A DNA stretch of 64,000 nucleotides from Escherichia coli O157:H7 (GCF_013167455.1 NZ_CP038328.1), one strand, 5' to 3'; counted from the stretch's first letter, positions 1 through 16,390 are shown. Numbers and translations are program-made. The notes: generated by a model from the sequence alone, not told the origin.

Positions 1-57
1 ATATACGGTATCCGTGATAGCTTCTACCGAGGTCACTTTACAGCTTAAGGTTGTCAT
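1..57 (-). CDS. fre: NAD(P)H-flavin reductase Fre, 5' end only (gene runs off the window start)
   Basis: Reverse complement of 1-57 reads ATG ACA ACC TTA AGC TGT AAA GTG ACC ... = MTTLSCKVTSVEAITDT, the Fre N-terminus as I remember it; lies downstream of ubiD as in E. coli. Confidence 0.8.
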   Translation of the reverse strand, partial: MTTLSCKVTSVEAITDTVY

Positions 58-102
58 GCGCTTTCTCTGTCGGATCGATAAATAGGGCAAAACAAACGCG
101 CA

Positions 103-1596
103 TCAGGCGCTTTTACCGTTGTTAAAAATAGCCAGTTCATCCCAGATGGCGTCAATATGTGCGACAACATCTGGATCTTTTTTGATGGGACGTCCCCATT
201 CACGCTGGGTTTCCCCCGGCCATTTATTCGTGGCATCCAGCCCCATTTTTGAACCCAGCCCGGAGACAGGCGAGGCAAAATCCAGATAATCAATAGGCGT
301 ATTTTCTACCAGAACAGTATCCCGCGCTGGGTCCATACGGGTGGTAATCGCCCAAATCACATCGTTCCAGTCGCGTGCGTTAACGTCATCATCGCAAACG
401 ATCACAAATTTAGTGTACATAAACTGGCGTAAGAACGACCAGACGCCCATCATGACGCGCTTCGCGTGTCCGGCGTACTGTTTTTTGATTGTCACTACCG
501 CCAGGCGATAAGAGCAGCCTTCCGGCGGCAGGTAAAAATCGACAATTTCCGGGAACTGCTTTTGCAGAATGGGAACAAATACTTCGTTCAACGCCACTCC
601 CAGTACCGCGGGTTCATCTGGCGGACGCCCGGTATAGGTGGAATGGTAAATCGCATCTTCACGCTGGGTAATATGCGTCACGGTAAATACCGGGAAACTA
701 TCGACTTCGTTATAGTAACCAGTGTGGTCACCATACGGTCCTTCTGGCGCCATTTCGCCTTGTTCGATATACCCTTCCAGCACAATCTCCGCACTGGCGG
801 GCACTTCGAGATCATTGGAAATACACTTCACTACTTCGGTTTTGGTGCCACGTAGCAATCCGGCAAAGGCGTATTCCGACAAAGTATCTGGTACTGGTGT
901 GACTGCACCGAGAATGGTTGCCGGATCAGCGCCCAACGCCACAGAGATCGGGAAACGTTCACCTGGATGCGCCGCACACCACTCCTGATAATCCAGCGCG
1001 CCGCCGCGATGCGACAGCCAACGCATAATCAGCTTGTTTTTACCAATCAGTTGCTGGCGATAAATGCCCAGATTCTGTCGCTCTTTATGAGGGCCACGTG
1101 TAACGGTTAGCCCCCATGTAATCAGCGGCGCGGCATCTTCCGGCCAACAGGTCATAATGGGAATACGGTTGAGATCGACGTCATCGCCAGAGACGATTTT
1201 TTGTTGGCAGGGTGCACCGCGCAGTCGCTTTGTCGGCATGTTTAACACCTGCTTAAACTGCGGCAGCTTATCAAACAGATCGCGAAAACCTTTTGGCGGC
1301 TCTGGTTCTTTCAGAAATGCTAATAATTTACCGACTTCACGCAGTGCTGAAACATCTTCCTGGCCCATACCCATCGCTACGCGCTTTGGCGTACCGAACA
1401 AGTTGCACAGCACCGGCATTGAGTACCCTTTAGGGTTTTCAAACAACAGCGCAGGCCCACCAGCACGCAGCGTGCGGTCAGCAATTTCAGTGATTTCCAG
1501 ATGCGGGTCCACCGGGAGCGTGATACGTTTTAGCTCACCCTGCTGTTCAAGCAACGTCAAGAAGTCGCGTAAATCGTTATATTTCATGGCGTCCAT
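103..1596 (-). CDS. ubiD: 3-octaprenyl-4-hydroxybenzoate decarboxylase (ubiquinone biosynthesis)
   Basis: 497-aa [28 protein letters not shown]... recognised as UbiD; fre-ubiD-rfaH gene order. Confidence 0.95.
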   Translation of the reverse strand: MDAMKYNDLRDFLTLLEQQGELKRITLPVDPHLEITEIADRTLRAGGPALLFENPKGYSMPVLCNLFGTPKRVAMGMGQEDVSALREVGKLLAFLKEPEPPKGFRDLFDKLPQFKQVLNMPTKRLRGAPCQQKIVSGDDVDLNRIPIMTCWPEDAAPLITWGLTVTRGPHKERQNLGIYRQQLIGKNKLIMRWLSHRGGALDYQEWCAAHPGERFPISVALGADPATILGAVTPVPDTLSEYAFAGLLRGTKTEVVKCISNDLEVPASAEIVLEGYIEQGEMAPEGPYGDHTGYYNEVDSFPVFTVTHITQREDAIYHSTYTGRPPDEPAVLGVALNEVFVPILQKQFPEIVDFYLPPEGCSYRLAVVTIKKQYAGHAKRVMMGVWSFLRQFMYTKFVIVCDDDVNARDWNDVIWAITTRMDPARDTVLVENTPIDYLDFASPVSGLGSKMGLDATNKWPGETQREWGRPIKKDPDVVAHIDAIWDELAIFNNGKSA

Positions 1597-1717
1597 TGTA
1601 GCCTCTTAATCTGCGCCCATTATACGGCGTTCATCTTTGCGATGCTGTAAATTTGTTAAATTAGCGTGAACTCTGACGGTATAACGCAAACCGGGGAATA
1701 TAATTAACTTAGCGTAA

Positions 1718-3030
<1,313 letters not shown>

Positions 3031-3071
3031 CCTGTACTCCATATGACAACCGCCCTGACGGGCGGTTGAAT

Positions 3072-3848
3072 TTATTCTTCAGTTTTTTCGCTTTCTGCTT
3101 CAGCGTCGTTTTCCTCTTCCCGATTTCGCCCTTTACCAACGTAAAAGCGTGAGAAGAAGACACCGATTTCAAACAGACAGTACATCGGGATCGCCAACAG
3201 CGTTTGCGAGAAGACATCCGGCGGCGTCAGCAACATCCCGACAACGAATGCACCAACCAGCACATACGGGCGTTTTTTGCGTAAGTCTTCTGGCGAGGTA
3301 ATCCCCATCCAGCACAGCAGCACAATTGCCACCGGCACTTCAAAGGAGACACCAAACGCCATAAACAGCGCCATAACGAAGCTTAAATAGCTGGCGATGT
3401 CGGTGGATACCTGCACCCCTTCCGGCGCGGTATTGGCAAGGAAGCCAAATGCCAGCGGAAAGACCACAAAGTAGGCGAACGCCATGCCGATATAAAATAG
3501 CAGAGAGCTGGAAACCAGCAGCGGCACCACCAGGCGACGTTCATGCTTATACAGCGCTGGGGCGATAAATGCCCACACCTGATAGAGAATCACCGGCGCT
3601 GACAGAATCAGCGACACCATAAAGGTCAGCTTGATCGGCGTAAAGAACGGCGAGGCCACGTCGGTGGCGATCATCGTTGAACCTTGCGGCAACTGCTTGA
3701 TCAATGGCGCGGATACCAGGTGATAGATGTCATTGGCGAAATAGACCAGACACAGGAATATCACGATCACCGCGATAATGCAGTTCAGCAGACGCTTACG
3801 CAGCTCAATCAGATGCGTGATAAGCGGTTGAGTATCTTCTACAGACAT
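3072..3848 (-). CDS. tatC: Twin-arginine translocase subunit TatC
   Basis: 258-aa polytopic membrane [23 protein letters not shown]...; tatABCD order. Confidence 0.95.
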
Positions 3849-3850
3849 GT

Positions 3851-4366
3851 TTACGGTTTATCACTCGACGAAGGGGAAGGTGCAGCGGTTTTCGGTTCAG
3901 CGTCCGCAGCAGGTTTTACCACCGGCTCTGGCGTGGTTTCTGGCTTCTGTTCCGGCGAACTGGCCTGCGTTTGTGCAGCGGCAGGCGTTACACCCTCATG
4001 CGCAGCTTCATTATCTTTCACCACCGGGTTATGGATGGTGTGCGCTTCATCGCTCGCCTTTTCAGGATCGTTTGCAACGTAGGAACGCTTCATCGACTCC
4101 GCGGCCTGGCGTAGTTCATCCATCGACGCTTTCAGTTCGGGCGTCAGGTTAGTGAGGCTCGCCTTTTCAACCTTTTTCAGACTGTCCTGAAACTCCTGGA
4201 GTTTTAACTCCTGGGTCAGTTCGTTCTGCACCGTTGTCGCCAGTGAACGCAACGCGCGAATCCAGCCCGCTACCGTTTTTACCGCCACAGGCAGTCGTTG
4301 CGGCCCCAGAACGACGAGGCCGATGATGAACACCAATAGCAGTTCGCTAAAACCGATATCAAACAC
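3851..4366 (-). CDS. tatB: Twin-arginine translocase subunit TatB
   Basis: 171-aa [29 protein letters not shown]... Confidence 0.95.
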
Positions 4367-4369
4367 GGA

Positions 4370-4639
4370 TTACACCTGCTCTTTATCGTGGCGCTTCGCG
4401 TCTTCTGTTTTAGCCTGTTCCTGATTCGTATCCGCCTGCTTATCGGCGATAGTTTTCGCAGTAAAATCAGCATCCTGACTGGTTTTATCCTGCTTTGGTT
4501 CATCATCGCTCATTGCTTTTTTAAAGCCTTTGATCGACGCACCAAGATCGGAACCGATGGAGCCGAGCTTTTTGGTGCCAAAAAGCAGTACAACGATGAC
4601 GGCAATAATCAATAACTGCCAAATACTGATACCACCCAT
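4370..4639 (-). CDS. tatA: Twin-arginine translocase subunit TatA
   Basis: ORF track gives 103 aa; the known TatA start [25 protein letters not shown] is the internal Met (89 aa), so the start is set at 4639. Confidence 0.9.
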   Translation of the reverse strand: MGGISIWQLLIIAVIVVLLFGTKKLGSIGSDLGASIKGFKKAMSDDEPKQDKTSQDADFTAKTIADKQADTNQEQAKTEDAKRHDKEQV

Positions 4640-4717
4640 ACATGTTCCTCTGTGGTAGATGATGATTAAACAAAGCCGCATTATACGTTACACGGCCCGC
4701 CTTGAGCGATGAAAAAA

Positions 4718-6960
<2,243 letters not shown>

Positions 6961-6973
6961 TTCCGGTCTCCTG

Positions 6974-7729
6974 TCAGAACTTATAACCACGATGCAGCGC
7001 CACAACCCCTGCCGTCAGATTGTAGTAGTCGACACTTTCGAATCCGGCATCCTGCATCATGGCTTTCAGGGTATCCTGATCGGGATGCATACGGATGGAT
7101 TCTGCCAGATAACGGTAGCTGTCGGCGTCGTTCGCGACCAGTGAGCCAATACGCGGCAGCACATGGAAGGAGTATGCATCATAGGCTTTGCTCAGCGGCT
7201 CGATAATTGGCTTCGAGAACTCAAGCACCAGCAGGCGGCCGCCGGGTTTCAGCACGCGATACATTGAACGCAGTGCTTTATCTTTGTCGGTGACGTTACG
7301 CAGACCAAACGAAATGGTGATGCAATCAAAGGTGTTATCCGGGAACGGCAGCGCCTCAGCGTTCGCCTGAACATACTCAACGTTGCCAATCACACCGATA
7401 TTACGCAGCTTCTCGCGGCCCATTTTGAGCATGGATTCATTGATATCAGCAAGGACCACTTTGCCAGTTTCTCCGACCAGGCGGGAGAATTTCGCTGTCA
7501 GGTCGCCGGTGCCACCAGCCAGATCCAGCACGGTCTGCCCACGGCGTACGCCGCTGCAATCAATCGTGAATCGCTTCCACAAACGATGAATACCAAATGA
7601 CATCAAATCATTCATGACATCGTATTTTGATGCCACGGAATGGAAAACGTGGGCGACCATATCCGCTTTTTGTTCCTTCGCGACGGTCTGAAAACCAAAG
7701 TGCGTCGTTTCTTGTGACTTATCCACCAT
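6974..7729 (-). CDS. ubiE: Ubiquinone/menaquinone C-methyltransferase UbiE
   Basis: 251-aa ORF with SAM-methyltransferase glycine-rich motif ([11 protein letters not shown]); recognised as UbiE. Confidence 0.95.
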
Positions 7730-7823
7730 CTCAATGCCTGCTCATCAAAAAATTGTTCCAGAAGTGTAACAGATTGGGCGTCGATGCCCTAGATTTCTAC
7801 CCGGCTTAACTACTCCCAATGGG

Positions 7824-9251
7824 CTAGCGCGACTGCTGATTATATTCATCATCGCGTTGATAAGCTTCATCATTCGGCTGCTCCGGAACCGACCGAAGTC
7901 GATACTCTTCATCCTGGCTCACCGCCTGTTCAGCCAAATCCGGATTAATCTCGCGTTTAATTTCTACTCCTAAACCGCGAAACGCTTCTGCCTGCGCCAG
8001 CACATTTCCGCGCCCTGAAGAGAGTTTTTTCATTGCCTGCCGATAGTTATCCTGCGCTTTGTCGAGACTTTGACCAATCGCGGACATGTCATCGATGAAC
8101 AAACGCATCTTGTCGTACAGCTTGCTGGCACGATCGGCGATTTGCTGGGCGTTGCGGCTTTGATGCTCATAACGCCACAGGTTGGCGATAGTGCGCAGCG
8201 CCACCAGCAGCGTAGTCGGGCTAACCAGCATGATATTGTTTTTCAACGCTTCGGTGATCAGCTCCGGCTGGCGGTCAAGCGCCAGTAAAAAAGCGGGTTC
8301 AACGGGAATAAACATCAGCACGTAATCCAGAGTTCGCAGCCCCGGCAGCTGTTGATAATCTTTGCGTCCCAGCAAACGGATATGGTTACGCACCGACGCG
8401 ATATGTTCCTGTAGCGCGCTTTCGCGGGTGTAGTCGTCTTCGGCGTTAAAATAGCGTTCATAGGCGACCAGCGTCATTTTGGCGTCGATCACCACATCTT
8501 TTCCCTGCGGCAGCCGCACGATGACATCCGGCTGCATCCGCGAGCGGGCGTCATTTTCGATGCTGACCTGGGTTTCATATTCATACCCTTCACGCAGACC
8601 GGAAGCCTCCAGCACCCGCGTCAATACTACCTCGCCCCAGTTGCCCTGGGTTTTATTGTCGCCTTTCAGCGCGCGCGTCAGGTTGATCGCTTCCTGGGCC
8701 ATTTGCGCGTTGAGTTGCTGGAGATTGCGAATTTCGTGGGTCAGGGTATGGCGTTCTTGTGCTTCTTTACCGAAGCTGTCCTGAACCTGACGGCGGAAAC
8801 CGTCCAGTTGTTCACGTAGCGGCGACAACAGGCTGTTCAGACTCTGACGGTTTTGCTCATCAACCCGGCGATTGCTGTGCTCAAAAATACGGTTGGCGAG
8901 GTTTTCAAACTGCTCACTGAGGCGCTGCTCGCTGTTAATCATCTGGCGAATTTTATCGTCAGCATGTTGCTGTGCGGCTTCCATCCGCGTGGTTACTTCA
9001 CGCAGATCGGCCTCCAGAGAGGTGTTAATACTTTGCAGGCTGCGCACTTCGTTATTGAGTAACTCGCACTCTGCACGCCAGTGCTCGCTTTGGGTAATTT
9101 GTTGTTTTACCGCGCTTAACTCCGCGACCATCTCTTCACGTTCAGCTAATTGCTCGGCTTTTTGCTGCGCATGTTGATAACTGGCAAACAGCCAGCCAAT
9201 TGCCACACCCACCAACGCAATAACTGCGTAAACCATGATTGAGAAATCCAC
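7824..9251 (-). CDS. rmuC: DNA recombination protein RmuC
   Basis: 475-aa ORF with N-terminal membrane anchor and long coiled-coil region; position between udp and ubiE. Confidence 0.9.
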   Translation of the reverse strand: MDFSIMVYAVIALVGVAIGWLFASYQHAQQKAEQLAEREEMVAELSAVKQQITQSEHWRAECELLNNEVRSLQSINTSLEADLREVTTRMEAAQQHADDKIRQMINSEQRLSEQFENLANRIFEHSNRRVDEQNRQSLNSLLSPLREQLDGFRRQVQDSFGKEAQERHTLTHEIRNLQQLNAQMAQEAINLTRALKGDNKTQGNWGEVVLTRVLEASGLREGYEYETQVSIENDARSRMQPDVIVRLPQGKDVVIDAKMTLVAYERYFNAEDDYTRESALQEHIASVRNHIRLLGRKDYQQLPGLRTLDYVLMFIPVEPAFLLALDRQPELITEALKNNIMLVSPTTLLVALRTIANLWRYEHQSRNAQQIADRASKLYDKMRLFIDDMSAIGQSLDKAQDNYRQAMKKLSSGRGNVLAQAEAFRGLGVEIKREINPDLAEQAVSQDEEYRLRSVPEQPNDEAYQRDDEYNQQSR

Positions 9252-9391
9252 AACGCCTCCTGACGCAACAACTTACCCGCACAAAATAGAATTGTGCTGT
9301 ACAAACGTCCAGTTGGAAAGGCATTTCCTGCGAGGCGCTACGCAAAAATACAAAAGGCCGAACGCGTCGGCCTTCAGACAGGAGAAGAGAA

Positions 9392-10153
9392 TTACAGCAG
9401 ACGACGCGCCGCTTCCACCACGATTTTCACCGCTTGGCTTTCAGTTTGTTTCATCGTCTCAGCATTCGGGATCTCTTGCTGGGTGCGGTTAACGATAACA
9501 CCCGCTACCATACCGGCACGCAGGCCCTGACTTGCACACATGGTCAGCAGGGTTGCAGATTCCATTTCATAGTTCATTACGCCCATCGCCTGCCACTCTT
9601 CCATAGAACCTTTAAAGTGACGAACTACGCGACCAGAGTAAGTATCGTAACGTTCCTGACCTGGGTAGAAGGTATCAGAAGAAGCTGTCACGCCAACGTG
9701 AGTTGTCGCGCCAATGGATTTCGCAGCTTCAACCAGCGCAGTCGTACATTCGAAATCAGCGACAGCCGGGAATTCCAGCGGTGCGAAGTGCAGGCTCGCG
9801 CCATCCAGACGGACAGACGCCGTGGTAACCAGGACATCACCCACATTAATATGCGGCTGAATAGCGCCCGTTGTACCGATACGCAGGAAGGTGCGAATGC
9901 CCAGCTGTGCCAGCTCTTCAACAGCAATAGAGGTAGACGGGCCGCCGATACCGGTAGAGCAGACGATAACAGGTTTACCATCCAGCTCTGCACGCCAGGT
10001 AGTGAATTCGCGGTGAGATGCCAGCTTAACCGGCTTATCCATCAGCGCGGCGATCTTTTCCACACGATCCGGGTCGCCAGGGACGATGGCAAGCGTAGCC
10101 CCTTGTAAATCGTTTTTAGTGAGGCCGAGATGAAAAACATCAGACTTGGACAT
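9392..10153 (-). CDS. udp: Uridine phosphorylase
   Basis: Recognised Udp sequence ([31 protein letters not shown]...); start at second Met of the ORF (253 aa). Confidence 0.95.
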   Translation of the reverse strand: MSKSDVFHLGLTKNDLQGATLAIVPGDPDRVEKIAALMDKPVKLASHREFTTWRAELDGKPVIVCSTGIGGPSTSIAVEELAQLGIRTFLRIGTTGAIQPHINVGDVLVTTASVRLDGASLHFAPLEFPAVADFECTTALVEAAKSIGATTHVGVTASSDTFYPGQERYDTYSGRVVRHFKGSMEEWQAMGVMNYEMESATLLTMCASQGLRAGMVAGVIVNRTQQEIPNAETMKQTESQAVKIVVEAARRLL

Positions 10154-10414
10154 ATACAACTCCTCTGTGAATCGGTTTAGTCAGAAGAAGCAAAAAGACA
10201 CTTTACCGAAGGGTTTAACATTTTTTCGTGATACTCATCACCATGACGCAAATGCGTTGCATAAATTTACCCACCAAAGGTGATGCAAATCACATAAATC
10301 ACTCTTCATTCTGCAGGACTGCATAAAAGATGAGCCGATTCAGGCAATGTGATTTGTTGCATGCTGACTATAGTTAACATTGCGCAACATTTTTATAAGG
10401 GTACGGAGAATACC

Positions 10415-11230
10415 ATGGCAACAACACAACAATCTGGATTTGCACCTGCTGCATCGCCTCTCGCTTCGACCATCGTTCAGACCCCGGACGACGCGATTGT
10501 GGCGGGCTTCACCTCTATCCCTTCACAAGGGGATAACATGCCTGCTTACCATGCCAGACCAAAGCAAAGCGATGGCCCACTGCCAGTGGTCATTGTAGTG
10601 CAGGAAATTTTTGGCGTGCATGAACATATCCGCGACATTTGTCGCCGTCTGGCGCTGGAGGGGTATCTGGCTATCGCACCTGAACTTTACTTCCGCGAAG
10701 GCGATCCGAATGATTTTGCCGATATCCCCACGTTGCTTAGCGGTCTGGTAGCAAAAGTGCCTGACTCGCAGGTGCTGGCCGATCTCGATCATGTCGCCAG
10801 TTGGGCTTCCCGCAACGGCGGCGATGTTCATCGTTTAATGATCACCGGATTCTGCTGGGGTGGACGTATCACTTGGCTGTATGCCGCGCATAATCCACAG
10901 CTAAAAGCCGCAGTGGCGTGGTACGGCAAACTGACGGGCGATAAGTCGCTGAATTCACCGAAACAACCTGTTGATATCGCAACCGATCTTAACGCGCCGG
11001 TTCTCGGCTTATATGGCGGTCTGGATAACAGTATTCCGCAGGAGAGCGTTGAAACCATGCGCCAGGCGCTGCGGGCTGCTAATGCGAAAGCAGAGATTAT
11101 CGTGTACCCGGACGCCGGGCATGCATTCAACGCTGATTATCGCCCGAGCTATCATGCCGCATCTGCAGAAGATGGCTGGCAGCGTATGCTGGAATGGTTT
11201 AAGCAGTATGGTGGGAAGAAGTCGCTGTAA
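10415..11230 (+). CDS. ysgA: Dienelactone hydrolase-family protein (carboxymethylenebutenolidase-like)
   Basis: Start at MATTQQSGF... with GGAGAA ribosome-binding site just upstream (271 aa); alpha/beta-hydrolase GFCWGG motif. Confidence 0.85.
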   Translation: MATTQQSGFAPAASPLASTIVQTPDDAIVAGFTSIPSQGDNMPAYHARPKQSDGPLPVVIVVQEIFGVHEHIRDICRRLALEGYLAIAPELYFREGDPNDFADIPTLLSGLVAKVPDSQVLADLDHVASWASRNGGDVHRLMITGFCWGGRITWLYAAHNPQLKAAVAWYGKLTGDKSLNSPKQPVDIATDLNAPVLGLYGGLDNSIPQESVETMRQALRAANAKAEIIVYPDAGHAFNADYRPSYHAASAEDGWQRMLEWFKQYGGKKSL

Positions 11231-11237
11231 TGAGAAA

Positions 11238-11270
11238 AGACCGGGTGGTATTACCACCCGGTTTGGATTT
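11238..11270 (+). terminator. Hairpin terminator between convergent ysgA and metE
   Basis: Inverted repeat accgggtgg / ccacccggt followed by a T-rich run on the + strand, immediately after the ysgA stop. Confidence 0.5.
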
Positions 11271-13531
11271 TACCCCCGACGCAAGTTCTGCGCCGCCTGC
11301 ACCATGTTCGCCAGTGCCGCGCGGGTTTCTGGCCAGCCGCGCGTTTTCAGGCCACAGTCCGGGTTGACCCACAGGCGCTCTGCCGGAATGCGTTTTGCCG
11401 CTTTCTTCAGCAAGGCTTCAATCCATTCCACGCTCGGTACGTTTGGCGAGTGAATGTCATAGACGCCTGGACCGATTTCATTCGGATAATCAAACTCTTC
11501 GAACGACTCCAGCAACTCCATGTCAGAACGCGAGGTTTCGATGGTGATGACGTCTGCGTCCAGTGCCGCAATCGAATCCATGATGTCGTTGAACTCGCAA
11601 TAACACATGTGAGTGTGGATTTGTGTGTCATCTTTCGCCACGGCGGCGTTGATACGGAAGGCCTCCACGCCCCACTGGAGATATGCATCCCAGTCGCTAC
11701 GACGCAGCGGTAAACCTTCGCGCAGCGCCGGTTCATCAATCTGGATGATGCCAATTCCTGCGGCTTCCAGGTCCGCCACTTCATCACGCAGCGCCAGCGC
11801 AATTTGTTTGGCGATGGTTTCACGGCTGACATCTTCACGCGGGAACGACCAGCAGAGAATGGTCACCGGGCCAGTCAGCATCCCTTTCACCGGTTTATCA
11901 GTCATAGATTGCGCATACTTCGCCCACTCCACGGTAATCGGTGCCGGGCGACTAACGTCACCAATAACAATCGGTGGCTTCACGCAGCGGGAACCGTAGC
12001 TCTGTACCCAACCGTTTTGCGTAAAGACAAACCCGTCGAGGTGCTCGCCAAAGTATTCCACCATGTCATTACGCTCGGCCTCGCCATGTACCAGCACATC
12101 CAGTCCCAAACGTTCCTGTTCAACAATGGCCTGCCTGATATGTTCCGCAATGCCCGTGCGGTAGTTATTGGCGTCGAGATTGCCCTTTTTGAAATCCAGA
12201 CGCAGGGTACGAATTTCCGTGGTTTGCGGGAAGGAACCAATCGTGGTGGTCGGCCACGCTGGCAGTTTAAAACGCGCACGCTGGGCTTCAGCACGCACTT
12301 CATAGACATTCGCACGCTGGCTGTCCTGGGCGGTGATCGCCGCCAGACGCTTTTCTACCGCCGGATTATGTACACGAGTAGAGTGACGACGCGCCTGAAT
12401 TGGGGCGCTCCACTCTGCCAGAGCTGCCGTGTCACCACTGTTCAGCGCATCGCGCAGCAGTGCCAGTTCATGGCATTTTTGTAGGGCGAAGGCAAACCAG
12501 CTTTTCACTTCTGCATCAAGACGCGTTTCCACGCTCAGGTCGATGGGGCTGTGCAGCAACGAGCAGGAAGATGCCACCCACAAATCACGTTTGCCGACAA
12601 TGTCCTTAATTTGCACATATTTCTCAGTAAGATCGGCGCGCCAGACGTTACGACCATTGATCAGACCCGCAGACAGCAGCCAGTCAGAAGGCAGGCGCTT
12701 GTGCAGTTCAACAACGTCATCTTTACCATGTACAAGGTCCACATGCAGCCCCTGAACAGGCAGCGCAGTAATCGTGTCGAGATTTGGCGTTACGCCTTCA
12801 AAATAGGTGGTCAGCAGCAGTTTCACCTGTCCCTGGAGCGCGTCGTAAGCGGGTTTGTATGCGTCCAGCCACGCCTGTGGTAGTTCCAGTACCAGCGCGG
12901 GTTCATCAATCTGTACCCACTCGATGCCACGTTTCGCCAGTTCTGCCAGCACTTGCTGATAAACCGGCAGAATGTCGTTCAGCAGGCTCAGGCGGTCAAA
13001 CTGTTCACCTTTCACTTTCCCCAGCCACAGCCAGGTAATCGGCCCCAGCAGCACAGGTTTCACCTTGTGGCCCAGCGCCAGCGCCTCGTCCACTTCGTCC
13101 AGCAGCTGCGTCCAGGTCAGTTTGAACTGTTGGCCTTTAACGAACTCCGGCACCATGTAGTGATAGTTGGTGTTAAACCATTTGGTCATTTCCGCTGCCG
13201 CCGCAGGTTCGCCAGTCGGCGCACGTCCACGACCAATACGGAACAGGGTGTCGATATCTACCGAACCATCTTTGTTCTGATGACGCGCCGGAACGTTACC
13301 CAGCAGCAGACTGGTGGTCAGTACATGATCGTACCAGGCAAAATCGCCCACCGGCAGCAGGTCGATACCCGCTTGCTTTTGTTGATCCCAGTGACGAGCA
13401 CGCAATTCACGCCCTACCGCCAGCAGTTCTTCACGCGTGGAGTTCCCCGCCCAATAACTCTCTTGCGCTTTTTTCAGCTCGCGACGCAGGCCAACGCGAG
13501 GGAAACCGAGGGTGTGATTCAATATTGTCAT
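11270..13531 (-). CDS. metE: Cobalamin-independent methionine synthase
   Basis: 753-aa [33 protein letters not shown]... recognised as MetE. Confidence 0.97.
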   Translation of the reverse strand: MTILNHTLGFPRVGLRRELKKAQESYWAGNSTREELLAVGRELRARHWDQQKQAGIDLLPVGDFAWYDHVLTTSLLLGNVPARHQNKDGSVDIDTLFRIGRGRAPTGEPAAAAEMTKWFNTNYHYMVPEFVKGQQFKLTWTQLLDEVDEALALGHKVKPVLLGPITWLWLGKVKGEQFDRLSLLNDILPVYQQVLAELAKRGIEWVQIDEPALVLELPQAWLDAYKPAYDALQGQVKLLLTTYFEGVTPNLDTITALPVQGLHVDLVHGKDDVVELHKRLPSDWLLSAGLINGRNVWRADLTEKYVQIKDIVGKRDLWVASSCSLLHSPIDLSVETRLDAEVKSWFAFALQKCHELALLRDALNSGDTAALAEWSAPIQARRHSTRVHNPAVEKRLAAITAQDSQRANVYEVRAEAQRARFKLPAWPTTTIGSFPQTTEIRTLRLDFKKGNLDANNYRTGIAEHIRQAIVEQERLGLDVLVHGEAERNDMVEYFGEHLDGFVFTQNGWVQSYGSRCVKPPIVIGDVSRPAPITVEWAKYAQSMTDKPVKGMLTGPVTILCWSFPREDVSRETIAKQIALALRDEVADLEAAGIGIIQIDEPALREGLPLRRSDWDAYLQWGVEAFRINAAVAKDDTQIHTHMCYCEFNDIMDSIAALDADVITIETSRSDMELLESFEEFDYPNEIGPGVYDIHSPNVPSVEWIEALLKKAAKRIPAERLWVNPDCGLKTRGWPETRAALANMVQAAQNLRRG

Positions 13532-13766
13532 TTTTCTTCCTCTAATTATATGTAAATCCTATGGATTTTGAATTTAGGGAAGGCGGCAAGTTTATTCATC
13601 CCCGGGAGCTTACTGAAGTAAGTGACCGGGGTGGAGAAACGCAGCCAACGCACCATAAATTTAAAAGACGAAGGATTTTAGCCGTCCAGATGTTTACACA
13701 TCCATAATTGGCGGTTACTGTATATTCCTCAAGCGCAAATTATTCATGCCGAAGTGAAGGACTTTC
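13532..13766. promoter_or_regulatory. Divergent metE/metR control region
   Basis: 235-bp AT-rich spacer between divergent metE and metR; in E. coli this region is known to carry MetR and MetJ operators; a met-box-like stretch agatgtttacacatcc lies near 13688-13703. Confidence 0.5.
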
Positions 13767-14720
13767 ATGATCGAAGTAAAACACCTGAAAACGCTACAAG
13801 CGTTGCGGAACTGCGGCTCTCTCGCAGCCGCTGCGGCGACGTTGCATCAAACGCAATCCGCCCTGTCTCACCAGTTTAGCGATCTGGAACAACGCCTTGG
13901 CTTCCGGCTATTTGTGCGTAAGAGCCAGCCGCTACGCTTTACTCCACAGGGGGAAATCCTGTTGCAACTGGCAAACCAGGTGCTGCCGCAAATTAGCCAG
14001 GCGCTGCAAGCCTGCAATGAACCGCAACAGACGCGCCTGCGCATTGCCATTGAGTGCCATAGCTGTATTCAGTGGCTGACGCCCGCATTAGAAAATTTCC
14101 ATAAGAACTGGCCGCAGGTGGAGATGGATTTTAAATCGGGCGTAACGTTTGACCCGCAGCCTGCGTTGCAGCAGGGCGAGCTGGATCTGGTGATGACCTC
14201 CGATATTCTGCCGCGTAGTGGCCTGCATTATTCGCCGATGTTCGACTATGAAGTGCGTCTGGTGTTAGCACCTGACCATCCACTGGCGGCGAAAACGCGA
14301 ATCACGCCGGAAGATCTCGCCAGCGAAACGCTGTTGATTTATCCGGTGCAGCGTAGCCGACTGGATGTCTGGCGGCATTTTCTCCAGCCCGCAGGCGTTA
14401 GCCCGTCGCTGAAAAGCGTCGATAACACCTTATTGTTGATTCAGATGGTTGCCGCGCGGATGGGTATTGCCGCGCTACCACATTGGGTAGTAGAGAGTTT
14501 TGAGCGCCAGGGTCTGGTGGTGACCAAAACCCTGGGCGAAGGCTTGTGGAGCCGACTGTACGCCGCCGTGCGCGATGGCGAGCAGCGTCAGCCAGTTACG
14601 GAAGCGTTTATTCGCTCAGCGCGCAATCACGCCTGCGATCATCTGCCGTTTGTGAAGAGCGCGGAGCGACCCACTTACGATGCACCCACAGTGAGGCCAG
14701 GATCACCAGCGCGCCTGTAA
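13767..14720 (+). CDS. metR: LysR-family regulator of methionine biosynthesis MetR
   Basis: 317-aa ORF with N-terminal helix-turn-helix ([28 protein letters not shown]); recognised as MetR. Confidence 0.95.
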
Positions 14721-15507
14721 TAAACGTTGGCCAGTGCGGCTGTTGGTGCCAGATAGCCAGGTTAACCAGCAGCCCTGCCGGAACGTGCATATTATTCATA
14801 ATGCCCAGCGTTCCGGCGTCTACTTGGGTTGCGCCGTAGTTCCACATAAAGTAGCCAATCCCGGAAGCCACCACGCCAAGAAACACCAGAATGCCCCATT
14901 GCAACGTGGTTTGCGGCATTTTCTGCGCATTTCCCAGCAAGAACCATGCAATTACCGCCACCAGGAACGCGCCAAGATAGAACCACGCAAAGGCGTTATG
15001 CTGCGGCATCGGGCGAGTTTCCATCAGGCGTTTGTAACCCACCATGCCGATGGCAAAAGTGATATTGGAGAGTTGCACCAGCAACAAGCCAGTCCAGAAA
15101 TGGTCGGTGACCTGATCATAGCGAATAATCCCGGCACCAATCACCGCCAACAAGGCACTAAAAGCATATCCCCAGCGCAGACGGCGCTTACTCATGATGT
15201 CATAAATCAGCGTGATGTAGAGCGGCGTCAGTACGGTGAACAGCAGCAGTTCGGAAACCGTCAGGTAGAGATAAGCGCGGAAACTCAGCATATACATCAC
15301 GCCGAGCTGCATCGCGCCCACCAGCATATACAGGCCGACTGTTTTCAGGCTATTGCCACGGGTACGCAGAAACGGCAGAAAAACGAGTGCCGCCAGGCCA
15401 ACGCGCACCAGCACCGCAAAATAGCTATCGACGTGCCCCGCAAGGTACTCGCCATAAAAGCTAAAGGAGAAGGCCCACAGAATCGTGGTGATGATAAGTA
15501 GCGCCAC
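14608..15507 (-). CDS. yigM: EamA-family inner-membrane transporter YigM
   Basis: 299-aa polytopic membrane ORF; 3' end overlaps the metR 3' end by 113 bp. Confidence 0.85.
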
Positions 15508-15582
15508 AATGGAAAACTCTTTGATTAACGAGTATCCATTGTAGCGAAGTATCAGGTTGACAACTGACCAAATAAAGAACGA

Positions 15583-16383
15583 TTACGATAAATAGAGTTT
15601 ACGCAGATAATGCGGCACCGCGTCGTCGGCATTAGTACCAATCACTTCCAGCTCGGGATGAAGGTCTTTCAGACGCTGGTGCGCACTGCCCATAATGCAG
15701 CCTTTCCCCGCCATCGACAGCATTTCGGCATCGTTCATCCCGTCACCAAACGCAATACAATCCTTCAGGCTGTAGCCCAGTTTCTTCGCCACCGCTTCCA
15801 GCGCATGGCCTTTTGAAACGCCGCCCGCCATCACTTCCAGACAGGTTAAGGTAGAGAAACTGACGTTGACGCGATCGCCCCAACGAGCGTTAATCGCCTG
15901 CTCCAGCGGCAGCAGTTGTTCATGGGAATCGCAGGTGAAGAACACTTTGCTGACGCCTTCCGGCTCCAGTAATCCAGGCTCATACAGCGCATATTTGAAC
16001 ACCGCTTCTTTAAAAAAGCGCATCTCTTCCGGGCGATGGCGATTCATAAACCATTCGTCGTCGCGATAAACGTTAGTAATGATGTCCGGATTGTCGTTGA
16101 CTACGCCAAACAGATCGCTGGCAATGTCGCGATCCAGGTTATGAGCAAAAATCAGATTACCATCCAGATCGTGAACGCGCGCACCATTGGAGGTAATCAT
16201 GTAAGACTTAATCTCCAGATTATCGCGAATTTGCCCCACATCAACGTGGTGACGACCGGTCGCAAACACAAAGTTGATGCCGCGCGCGGTGAGCAGCTTC
16301 AGGGGTTCTTTGGCGTAAGGGGATAATGTATGGTCGGGAGAAAGTAACGTGCCATCTAAATCAGACGCAACAACCTGGTACAT
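15583..16383 (-). CDS. yigL: HAD-superfamily sugar phosphatase YigL (Cof-like)
   Basis: Start set at internal Met MYQVVASDLDGTLL (HAD motif I DxDGT), 266 aa; the ORF track's upstream extension overlaps pldB. Confidence 0.85.
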   Translation of the reverse strand: MYQVVASDLDGTLLSPDHTLSPYAKEPLKLLTARGINFVFATGRHHVDVGQIRDNLEIKSYMITSNGARVHDLDGNLIFAHNLDRDIASDLFGVVNDNPDIITNVYRDDEWFMNRHRPEEMRFFKEAVFKYALYEPGLLEPEGVSKVFFTCDSHEQLLPLEQAINARWGDRVNVSFSTLTCLEVMAGGVSKGHALEAVAKKLGYSLKDCIAFGDGMNDAEMLSMAGKGCIMGSAHQRLKDLHPELEVIGTNADDAVPHYLRKLYLS

Positions 16384-16390
16384 AAGAAAT

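Noticed and set aside
54-293. 79-aa minus-strand ORF at the fre/ubiD junction
   Set aside because: Out of frame with the real fre start and ubiD end; no ribosome-binding site or support
9434-10108. Long antisense ORFs inside conserved genes (this one inside udp; others inside metE, yigM, recQ, uvrD, wecE and wecC)
   Set aside because: Each lies wholly within a confidently identified gene on the other strand; these are chance ORFs
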